A stretch of DNA of 64,000 nucleotides, taken from assembly GCF_000181795.1 (NCBI RefSeq), contig NW_003526943.1, positions 4,965,081 to 5,029,080 on the forward strand, written 5' to 3'. Source of the stretch: Trichinella spiralis. Taxonomy: Eukaryota. Made by a program: the position numbers and the translations under genes. Shown in pieces: positions 26,131 through 36,654 of this stretch. How positions within the stretch are numbered: position 1 is the stretch's first letter; the number at the start of each line of letters is the position of its first letter. The notes below the pieces were generated by a model. The model made no database searches. It saw nothing but the letters and a program-made list of their open reading frames with translations, and was not told where the DNA came from.

Positions 26131-26314
26131 TGTTGACAACAAAACTTGATCGCCTGAGCATCAGTAGACTGTATTATTCTTCACGCGGGAGGTCAATCTC
26201 ATTTGATTGTCTGACGGTTGATTAGCCCCGTTTGTTTCCGAACGAGAAGAGAGGGAACAAAGCGGTAACGGGTAGACTTTATTAAAGATTTGACAACAAG
26301 CAACAGTGTCAACA
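26131..26314 (+). mobile_element. 3' LTR of the BEL/Pao element (184 bp)
   Basis: Starts TGTTGACA directly after the PPT and ends TGTCAACA (8 bp inverted termini). ATTAAA at 26281. Confidence 0.75.
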
Positions 26315-27099
26315 TTACTAGAGAATTCTACGAGAGTCAGAATACCGAAATAACGCCAACCAAAACTAGCACGTTTAGAGTGACAAAATGATACACACAC
26401 GCACGCAACACAAGCTATATATATATATTTCCTATTACGTCATCTAACGTAGACCGCTACCGTAATCATGAACGCAGGTGCTAATTCGCATGAGTCCAGG
26501 AGCGACAAATAATTTCCACCAAAGATATTTCCGACGGAACAGTGGAGATACTGTAGCACTTTGAACCTGTATATCATAGTACTGTAGTACCAGAGAGTTA
26601 TTGGTAATGCTGTGAGTATGAGCGCGAAAAATAAAGCTTTTTTACCCCCGTTGCTTGCGTCTTGTATTTGTTCGGCACTCTCAAAACTTGAGTCGACCCT
26701 AGATTCAAAATGTACAGTCCACTATGAATTATCAGAAGAGTTCACGGCCCGCATTGCAGTGAACACATTTACTTCTGTATCAGTTCTGGCCATATGGCTC
26801 GCTTGGTTCCAGATCCGGCTGAAAAAAGAGGCGGGACTTGATCTCCTCACGGAACCGGCACTGTTGCAATTATATTACAGTAGAAAGCACGTTTACACCT
26901 TATTGTCAAAATGGGGTTACGGTAGGAAGGGACATATTAGGCATCATTAGTGTTGTTGGTCGCGGTACGCTGTTGATCGACCGTGGTGACCATACGACAC
27001 CTGTGATCGATCAGCGCTTTCTGTAGTCTCTGTTTTTCCATAATTTATGCCGGGCTTCTGTCAAATCACATACTGAGGCTGCTCTTTATGGCTGTTCGT

Positions 27100-29553
27100 A
27101 TCAGCGGTTTCCAAGCAGTCAGCAGTAATCTGGACCTGTTCAGAGAGCAATTCCAAGATGGGCTAACTGTGAAAGAGCACCTGAATGCAGTCACTCTTCA
27201 TTTGAATAAGTTGAAGTTGAAGTAAATAAGCTTAGTGAATCATTCTGCGTCAATGCGCCAGTAGCAGAAATGTTGTCTCTGCGTCACCCAAACGAAACGA
27301 TCACAAATCATTTAAGATACTCAATGATGTCGATTCGACAACAATACTTGGAAAAGGCACTTCAGTGAGTATGTGAAATTACTCTGTACTTGATGATCGA
27401 CTGCATCACTAAGACCACAAATGCTGTAAAAGATTTGCAGTGCATTTCCAGCGACGTGAACGGTTGTGACTTCGAACTTGCAACGATGTGACTGTTCCAA
27501 GTGATATTTCAGCGCTTCCCTCCAATGTCACGTTGAACTCATTGACTTAGTGAAGCAGAGCAGTGAAATCCGCCCTATGGAGCGTTTTGAGCAGTTGCTC
27601 CACTTCTAATGGAATATTTTGATGAATCTGGTAGATGAGAAAGCTTCTCAGAATGGTGCAAACAGGAAAATGGATGTTTGATTTGGTGATTCAGATGGCA
27701 GGTGTAGTTATGCGATACTGAAAGTGCTATTGGTAACGGGAAAAATGTCAGCGGACTGCAGAATACGATGAAACTACAACTGGGCAAGTATGAATAGATG
27801 TCTGACATTGACATTGACAAAGAGCCTCACGAGGCAAAGAGCGTTGAATAGCTGGCTAAAAATTCTGACTCATGCTGCCGACCAGTCAAAACAATTAGAT
27901 TTAGAGAAGTACTCCAAGAAGTGTTATCTGTGAAAGAGCAACTGAATACGGTCACTGTTCATTTGCATCCAGTGAATCTGCTTTGCGAATGGTTATCTTG
28001 CACTGGGCAGATGGTGGAAGAGGATTCTGAATATCAAACATAGAAAACAGTTAGCAATTATTTACGATTATTGCATTCGATTAAGTCGATTTGATTGCAA
28101 GATTTGGAAAAAAGCACTTCAGAGAGTCTGTGACATACAAAGGCAAGTAGTTCTCATCATTGATTGTATCGCCAAGTGCAGGAACGCTTTACAGTACTTG
28201 CAGCGTATTTAGAGGGATATAAAAAACGTAGATGTACAATTGGAAATATTGAAAGTCATTTGATCTACCAGTGAATATCTAGTTGAAATGAGTGTCTCTC
28301 TTACACAGGTCAATGAATCACGTTAAATAGCTTCATGAGGCTGTTCTTTGACTATGCGGTGGATACCATAGACTGAGGGCTGAAGCAACATGAGGAAGTA
28401 CACCTTCAGGTGCCTAAATGTTAATGAAAAACGAGCATGCGGCAATGTTAAACAAGTGTTGAAAAATTCTGACTCGCGCTGACGGGTCGAAGCTATTGAA
28501 TTTGGTTCCATTTTTCCACCAACTGGAACACCTTTATCACAGATACGACGAACTAGAAATAGAATTTGGAAAGACTGACTTGCATTTGTTGCCGCCTGTA
28601 TTGCCCATGTTGAACAGCGCATCTTAACGCTAAAGACAATGGTCATCTGGAGTGAACCACCTCCACCAATTTGAGAAAGCACGGTTGAAGAGCCACCTGA
28701 AAGCGACAGCGCTGAAGATGTGCTAATCACACCGAGAACTTTCAACTTCGAATCTTGAACTGAACAATCCCTGTGGACAGAAAGCGTGCAGTCAAAAGCG
28801 ATTGGCTTCATCACCTCAGGTCAGAGTGTGGCTGTGGCCGTTGATCCAGGAAAATCCTGATTCACGTTGCACGTAAAACCGACGATTGCATTTGAAGACC
28901 AAGAATCTGTGCAACTAGTTATGATAAATGAATTGGAATTAGACCATTTCGGCAAAGCGTCCGGGATGACATTGCGCAATCACATCTTGGCCGTGTGTTC
29001 GTACACCTTTGGTCAGATTGTACTGCTTGAACCAGAAACTTTGAAAAAATTGACAGTACTGAATTGTGATGGTTGTACATTATTTGATTTGGACATCATG
29101 TCCAACGGAGATATTGTCAGTGTAGATGCAAAGCATGAAAAAGTTATCAAAATGAGATCAACCGGAGAACGTTTAGCTGAACGGCACGTCCATGGAGCAA
29201 CCAGAGGTGTTTCGGTCTGCATGGACGACCGCATTTATGTACTAGTTGAAGGAGGCCCGTATATACATTTGCTCGACTCCTTCCTCAACAATTTAGGAAC
29301 GATTAGTTTTTATAAAAATCAACCCTCAAAATTGGACTGTAGATATTCGTTGTGCATTGAAAATTTACTCCATATTAGCTGCGACGATGCTGTTTACTTG
29401 CTTGACGTGCAAAATGGAAACGTCACTGCAATTCAACCAACGGAAAACTCCGTTTACTGATTGGAAGTTGGTGTAGATGCAAGCGACAACGTGTCTGCTG
29501 CAAAATGAGGTTCAAGCTCAGTGGATGTATTCGCAAAGGATGGTCAGTTCTGA
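27100..29553 (+). pseudogene. Intronless decayed gene: duplicated helical segment plus C-terminal NHL-like beta-propeller (TRIM-NHL-like)
   Basis: ORF 28867-29460 has propeller-like repeats (FDLDIMSNGDIVSVD, RGVSVCMDDRIYV). Reading past the stops gives GVDASDNV...SSVDVFAKDGQF. Upstream, about 27130-27490 and 27890-28250 are diverged copies of each other with many stops. Confidence 0.55.
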
Positions 29554-31045
29554 AACAGTCTATAACAAGCAACGTAAAAACCCCAATTAGAAAGTTTATA
29601 GTTTACAGATGTCTAAATTTTAATTCAATCTTTTCATAATAAAATGTTTCTTTCTGAACTTTTATATACTGACTTTGATAACAAAACATGTTTATTAAAA
29701 GAAATTCATGTTATTTCCGTGACAAAAATTTAATACAATAATTTGTTGTATGAAATTTATTTATTTTCACAGCAATGAAGAATTATGAAATTTCAGTAAT
29801 TTTACTGATATCTTTTCGTAAATCCAAATTTGAAATTTAGGTTTTGTTGAAAAAAAAATTGAAAAATATTTTAAAATCTTTGTCATGCACGACAGATCTA
29901 TTCAGTTAATAAAATTGAATTCTACATAGGTAATCCAATGTATTAAAAACGTATAGTTAAAAGTAACCACATCCATAAATTTATTACTGTAAGCTGAATA
30001 GTCCGTTTTGTTTGCTATGCAAGTAAATTTATTAAAAGTCAAATGACAAATTATAACTTTTTAACAGTTAGTCGGCAATTCAGCAAAACCGTTCTCAATC
30101 ACTGTTTAAAGTGAAAATTCATTATATTCACTCATTACGTTCATAATATTTATATATTCAATAGTAATTATTTATATTTAAGTAAAAAGCTGCATGTGAA
30201 TCTCAAACATCTAAAAATCATGTGCAATTAGCATTAGAAAAAATCCTACGTAGAAGAATTTTAATTCAATTATCAGTTCTGTTGAGACTAAGCAATTAAT
30301 TAATAATCTCTCTTTGAGAGTACTCACATCAATAAAAGTAATATTTGAATCTCTCATAGTATTTGTGATTTCAGCTAGTTCAGCACTCTCTGCAATAGCT
30401 ACACCTGTTATGTAGTTATGTTCCAGAGCGACAACACTATTAAATAATAAGAGAATAAATAATTCAAAGTTTCATTTTCATAATTACACAATTATGCAAA
30501 CATCATTTCTGAAAAATGATTTTGATGTGCACACAAGAAAGCCAAGTCAATCTACAGCTGAAATAAAATTAGAACTAATCATTGACGTTTCTTCAAAATT
30601 ATGAAGCAGCAGCTGCAAAAATAACGTGATACAATTAAGAAAGAATTGTATAATAGCTGATTTAAATATAATTTATATAAAAATGTGAATTTGAAAGTTA
30701 TATCAATTTCTGCTATATCTAATGCTTATTTATGTTGCTTTCATTGTGAAATGTTTCTTAAATTTTTTTAAAATTCAACATTTGGTTGTCTTTTTATTGA
30801 ATAACTGTTTATGTTCATTATGCCTAATATGCTTTTGCAACCGTATAGCATTAAGAAAAGTTTTGATCGTGAATTCTGTTTACTTTATTTTCAAGTACCA
30901 CAAATCAAAATTAGCTTACTATGACATTATTAAACTAGTCAAAGATAGATATGGTGATAAAACATATTTTAACAAACATTTCAGGTTAAAAGAAGAAAAT
31001 AAATGAAAAGTAAAAAGACTTTTTATTATAGTAAAGTGAATATAA

Positions 31046-31138
31046 AGGAATTCTTTATGATTTCCCAGTCAAAAATTCTGTACAACAAATATTTGTTGTA
31101 CACATTTCATTTACCTTCAAACAAATTGAAAGGTATTT
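31046..31138 (-). ncRNA. Spliced-leader (SL) RNA gene, leader AAATACCTTTCAATTTGTTTGAAG
   Basis: 24-nt leader (31138-31115) then GTAAAT donor. TACCTT-CAA pairs with TTGAAGGTA (stem I). Perfect palindrome TGTACAACAAAT/ATTTGTTGTACA (stem II). Sm site AATTTTTG at 31077-31070. GGGAA..TTCCT stem III. The leader resembles, from memory, a published T. spiralis SL; this needs verifying. Confidence 0.85.
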
Positions 31139-31190
31139 GAAATATTTTATAATGAAATCCATCTATTCTAATAGAAACTTGATTTTTAAA

Positions 31191-31200
31191 TTGGGTTTTG
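31191..31200 (-). promoter_or_regulatory. Putative snRNA-type proximal sequence element (CAAAACCCAA)
   Basis: The same motif lies about 60 nt upstream of each SL-type gene (also at 33611 and 46827), and occurs at 31651 (+) and 45568-45577 (-). Confidence 0.55.
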
Positions 31201-31712
31201 TAACTGAATCCAGTCTTATAAAAACACCATTTTAATTAGTAAAATTCTCAGTATTGTTATTTATTCATTGCTTAATTTATTCAAAACTGATATAGTTATT
31301 TTTGAAATAAAATCAAATATTATGACAGTGCAGATTACATCCGCTCGATTTTAGTTACGCATAATTTTAAGATGATATTTGAAAATCATATCTATTTAAT
31401 TAGAATGCAATTTGTGTAATGCTCGTGGATTTTTTCAGTATCTGTACTAAACTTTTAAATAAAGAAATATCTGTCAAAACCCAATTATTTTTATTGTGAA
31501 CAAGTTATGGGTAAGGAATGATAAGAATCAGTAATCAGTAAATGTTGCGTGTATAATAAAAAAATTATGCTAGATCTGATTACCTCAACAAAATCCGCCT
31601 ACTGTTTCTCAGTGAATTTCATTGGTTGCCGCTCTGATGCACTGCATAGCAAAACCCAATTTATTACTCGGCTTTCCCTGGTTGTTATAATATCGCTTGG
31701 AATTGCGCTCGT

Positions 31713-31830
31713 GATTGCTCAATTCTTATTGTTGTTGTTTTTGTTGAACTTCTTACTCAATTAGTGTTGTTATACTATGTTAGTATTTTTGTTATAGACC
31801 ATTAGGGTCTGGGAAACCTTAGGGTCTCCC
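31713..31830 (+). ncRNA. Candidate Sm-site small RNA lacking a splice donor (SL-related or SmY-like)
   Basis: AAAACCCAA at 31651, about 62 nt upstream. 5' end GATTGCTCAATT resembles the 46891 leader. TATTTTTG Sm-like site, then hairpins AGACC-ATTAG-GGTCT and GGGAAACCT-T-AGGGTCTCCC. Confidence 0.4.
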
Positions 31831-33667
31831 GTATGAGTATTACTGTATGTATCTTAGGTTCATAATTTTTTCTCAATTAAAGTAAAAGACTAATTCTTAG
31901 TCTTTAATAAATTATGTGATTTTTAGTAGTTCAAGCTGTTTAACTCCCAAATGTCTAAGGTTTATTTGTTTTAATGCATTTTAGAAATGTTGTTATTTTT
32001 TGCGTTGTCATGTCAGTACTGAGTCATTTTACTTTACCTTTATGTTAATCATTTTAGGAATCTTCTTTTTTACGTACTGGAGTGTTTTGATTGCTGATCA
32101 GCCCAGCTTCTTAAAAATGTTGTCGGTCCACCTCACTGGATATATTTATTGTATTTTCAACACAGATGTTGATTTTTTTCCATTTTCAAGCCAATCATGC
32201 TTTTGATAATTGAAACAACCCAGACTTTTTACAGAACGCCATGCATGTTGGCTTAGAAGTAACTACTGCATCATAGTAATTTCCACAAGAAAACAACTGG
32301 CGAACACCGCAGCACGCTGTAGCACGTTCACAACTGCTACTACAGTTGCTGAGTTCATCGTCCTTAGATTAGCCACAAAATGCTATTAAATAGCTTGTAG
32401 TTTTTCTTCGTTCTGCTGGTTGTGTTTACGCCTGAGAATTCGAATGGTTTTTTAATATCTACATTCTCGACGCCAGATTTGGTTCGATTATTCTATTTAA
32501 TAATTTCAGTGTTATTTTTTCTCATCTCAGCACGTAGCATTATCATCATGCACTGACAATAGCAGAATGACGCCTTTGTTGCTCCGTTTCACATTGTTAG
32601 TTACCAGTCAAAACAGTAAATAGATGCGCCAGGCTTTTGACCGTTGGCTATAATCATCTTAGTTCAATGGCAGATATGAATTTTCTGAACCAATCGAACA
32701 ACAGTAATTTTGCTGGCCAACGAATTTTCAGCTTTTTTTCCTTGCAAGTTATCGAGGCCACAGTACAGTATGTACCTGAGTGCCCTTACAGACAGTATGC
32801 CCAATTTTTGAATTTGTTATTATTACATCACCATTGTCGAAGTTAGCTACGCTCTCGATTGCTGTCTCTCTCTTCCTCTCTCTTGACTTCATTTCGAATC
32901 ACCGTCATCCACGACACAAGTAAACAACCTGTTGCGTTCCTTCCTTTTCCACACCATGGTAAAAATTTATTGATTACAATTCCCTGTTCTGGCTTGCTGT
33001 CAAAGTATATTTCACCAGCGCTAATGGGCAGGGCATCTCACAGCACCACAATGCCGTTATTTCACCTCTTCTGTCCTGAAAAATCAGTAAGCGGAAGAAG
33101 ACACTTCAACAGCGCCTGTTTGGCAGGTACAAACTATTGTTTCCAAATATGGTATCATTTGTTTTGTTTCTTATGATGGCATGGCACACTGCACGGTCTA
33201 TGTTAAGGCTTAACACTAAATACCACAGGGGAAAGTAGAACATGGCAAGGCCGGAAGGATATCGAAGGAGCAAATCGTCTTGTGGAGAGTTTTACAATAG
33301 TCAAATTCGGCCTAAAGTTTCATCGCGTTTTCTCACTGGTCGTTGAACGCGTTATCTTATTGGACCTTTGTACCGTATTGCTGTGTAGCTTCTAGCTTTT
33401 CTGAACCATTCTTAAACATTCCTAATTCCTTTGTTCTCATATGATATAATGCTTTGGTGAATATGGATGATGTTGCAGGACTGGCATAAACGGCCAAATT
33501 CTTGTAATGCAAATTGCTGTGTGTTGCCAGGTATGTTCCAACAAAGCTTTAACAAAAAATTTATATATTGTTGATTTTATTTTAAATAATGTTACTAAAT
33601 TTCTGTTTGGAAACCCAATTTTTAATTTATTTGATATAAGAAGGTTAAGATTTTGATGAATTGTGTG

Positions 33668-33762
33668 TACCTTGTTATTTTCCTTGAAGGTGAATTGTTA
33701 CATATATGCAACAAAAATTTGTTGCATTAAATTTTTCCCTTGCAAATCATTGGGATTTCCTT
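33668..33762 (+). ncRNA. Divergent SL RNA gene or pseudogene, leader TACCTTGTTATTTTCCTTGAAG
   Basis: AAACCCAA at 33611. 22-nt leader ending GAAG, then GTGAAT donor at 33690. Stem II ATGCAACAAA-AA-TTTGTTGCAT. The Sm-like site AAATTTTTCC lacks the final G. Weak stem III AAATC..GATTT. Confidence 0.6.
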
Positions 33763-33773
33763 TATTATAATCT

Positions 33774-34061
33774 GGGTTTGGTACTACTCGGTCCCGCTTT
33801 TCTCTCATTGGTCTTTACCCACGCTATTTTATTGGATCGTCAAATCTTAATCACAACTGAAGAGTTTGAATCAATGAGCAATTAGACAAGGAAAACCAAT
33901 ACGACAAAGATTTCACTGAGCAATTAGACAAAGAAAACCATTACGACAAAGACTTCACGGCCAAATAAAATGAAAACCAATACAACAAAGATTTGACGGT
34001 CTAATAAAATAGCGTGGGCAAAGACCAATGAGAGAAAAGCGGGACCGAGTAAAACCACCCC
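33774..34061. mobile_element. Complete Mutator-like (MULE) MITE with ~75 bp TIRs and 9 bp TSD
   Basis: Termini GGGTTTGGTACTACTCGGTCCCGCTTTTCTCTCATTGGTCTTT... and ...AAAGACCAATGAGAGAAAAGCGGGACCGAGTAAAACCACCCC. Flanked by TTATAATCT at 33765-33773 and 34062-34070. Internal short tandem repeats (gaaaaccaatacgacaaaga). Confidence 0.85.
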
Positions 34062-34619
34062 TTATAATCTGATTTATTAAAACTTTGATTTTATCTTAGT
34101 TTTTGGATGCTAAAATGAAAGAAATACAGTTGGTGTTTTTATATGTTTATAGGTGTTGACGTGTTCTTCCCAGCACAAAATCGCAAATGCCCACATAAGA
34201 AAAAGTTTTAAACAGAAACAGAGCTGATGTTCATTATACTTAACACATAAGTTTTGTTGAGACGCAGGGAAACGTGTAAAACAGCTACATGTTAATTCAA
34301 GCATTCAGGACAATTTGCTGGGCATTAGTTATTGGGATGATAATTTACAGACTCACAAATGTTATCTGGCAAGAGGAAAAAGCAGGAGCTAAATTACAAG
34401 CCGTGCTTTTGATCTGAAATTTTCAAATTTTTGTTTCATTGAATAACAGATCAGAAAATGACAGGCTATAAAAGTTGTGATAATTTATCACGCAAATTCA
34501 TAAGCTAATGGTGATATTTAAAGGCAAAAATGATAATCAACTGTTAATTTGTCCAAAGTTGCAGCTGTTGAACTAAAACTACGAATAGAATCAGCAGGAG
34601 CAGCTGTCAGCTTACTTTC

Positions 34620-34964
34620 ATGAAATTACTGCTGAAAAAAAATTTTGGTCATCTAGCAGCGATGGCAGGTGGGCACGTGACAGCAGTTCTGAAAGCGAAG
34701 GATTCTGCGACACTGAAAAGAAAGGCTGAAGAAACTGCTGGACGAGATTGAATGTCATCGCGGTGTTTGATCGTGAACGGACGAGATCCTTGGAATGGAG
34801 CACTGATTGCCCTGCGGGGGGAGGTGTGGAGCGCTTCATAACCAGCTGTTGCACAAGCCATCCACCGTAATGAGTTTAATAAAGTATAAAAGATAAATCC
34901 ATATATGTCAATGTCTTTACCCGCATATAAACTATATACTGCTGGCACCAATTTACTGGCCACA
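34620..34964 (+). mobile_element. Possible BEL/Pao 3' end (PPT plus short LTR)
   Basis: GCGGGGGGAGG is followed by TGTGG (34825) ... CCACA (34964), with an internal AATAAA. The upstream DUF5641-like trace is weak. Confidence 0.35.
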
Positions 34965-36654
34965 CAGCCATGGACATTAAAAAATTGTTAATAGCACTGT
35001 GGTACAATCTTGAATGTATTATTCATGCCCTGGGTTTTCCTGTTTTCCAGCAGTATAATGCAGTGCTTGTGTGAAAATATTGTAGTAAACTCAAGTAGAA
35101 TCAGTTGACTATTTTTGTACATGCAATGAATTGTGCAAATTGTTTTCATCACTGCTGATTGCTTCTACATGGCAGGAATGCTTATCATCAGTTTATACAA
35201 AAAGAAGCTGCAATCATCTGAACAATGAGAATGAAATCTTTCTTGTATAAGTTAATATTTTTCAAATCATTTGAAACCCTAGTGCACAGAATATAGATTT
35301 CTATATTTGAAATTATTCCAAAACATAACAGAATATCACTATTGCCATAATTTGATGTTCTCAGTATTTGATGCAAATTATTTCTTACTATATTTTCTAT
35401 AAAATCTTCAGTGTGAAAGACTGTTTTAGCTTCTAATTGATAGTTTAGTTTTAAAACACCAATTTGCTAACATGATGCATAATAATGCATATTACTATGA
35501 TTATTATCCCAATGCCTGATTTATCAGAAACATTTATTAGGCACTGATTTGTAGTTTTCTCAAAATTCCTATCTAAACTGATCGCTATCTTGTAAAGAAC
35601 GTGGTGAATGACTAATGTTTGTTTGCAGGAAAGAAATAAAAGAAGATCATAGGGAGATCTTTTTTAACTTGTTGCTGACATAGATAAATACTGATAAATG
35701 AGAAAAAGTATTCTTAGATGAACATTTCTTTCAAATCAATAGAAAGTCACCTACTCACATGGGTGAAATGTCACTCATGATTGCATGAAAAAAATTTAGT
35801 GAAATCTCAATTTTTCATTAAACCTTTTACATATATATTTTATTTATCATTAGTTTAATTCACTGTTTTGTTTATTTAAAAATCAGATTCGATAAAAACT
35901 CTTCAAAAGAATCATGAACAGTTACCTTTGAAGAGATTACTGTATTAAATAATAGAAGAAACATTCATTGAAATTTAATGTTATGGTTTCATATTGATGA
36001 AGTTCATGATATATGCAGCCATGTTTTAAGCAGTCACTTCTGGAATTAACTTTTGATTTATACTATGAAAAACCAAGGAAATAAATTGGGAAAATAAATT
36101 TTTAACTAATTTTGCACGTTGTTTTAAAATTATGAAACAAATGTAAATCTCACACAGGTCAGTTAAATAAAAATTATATTGCTTCTAATTGAAATATGAC
36201 TGCCTTGAAAATGCAAATTTGAAAAGTTAAATTAACATCAACATCAATGCCTTATTTTAAAAGAAATTTCATTGCTCACTATGAGAATGGGAAGGTAGCT
36301 GAGTTCTCATTCAAATTCAGCATGGGCATCATACGACGCTCAATAAAACTCATTAATTTGGAACGTTACGCTAACTTAAAAATATTATAAAAATAATGTT
36401 AAAAACGTTTAACAAATAAAACTACAGCATATGTGTTTTTCAATTTGCGGTAGGAATATTTTAAATAAATAATTTTTTAAAAACCTTTTCAATTATAATA
36501 ACTCCTAAGAATGACCTTTGTTTAAAGCCATATCACTTTAAACAAAACTAAACTTTAAAAGCAGCAGTTTAAAGTTGGGCCATAGATATATAAAATAGGT
36601 TGATTGAAGTCACAAAGCTCATTCTCTCATTCCTTCAATTATCACAACAGCAGT

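Noticed and set aside
31477..31486. Extra CAAAACCCAA motif on the plus strand
   Set aside because: No leader/donor, Sm site or hairpins about 60 nt downstream. This shows the motif alone is not sufficient evidence of a gene.
31501..31530. TTATGGGTAAGGAATGATAAGAATC resembling the 5' part of U12 snRNA
   Set aside because: No following U12 structure or Sm site at the right distance, and the paralogous flank near 45925 does not keep the motif.
32200..33500. Moderately GC-rich stretch between the SL genes suspected to be a transposase relic
   Set aside because: No diagnostic motif could be read in the frames examined.
33870..34000. Short spaced repeats resembling a CRISPR array (also 40750-40900)
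   Set aside because: Eukaryotic context, degenerate repeats without unique spacers and no cas genes. The first set is internal to a MITE.
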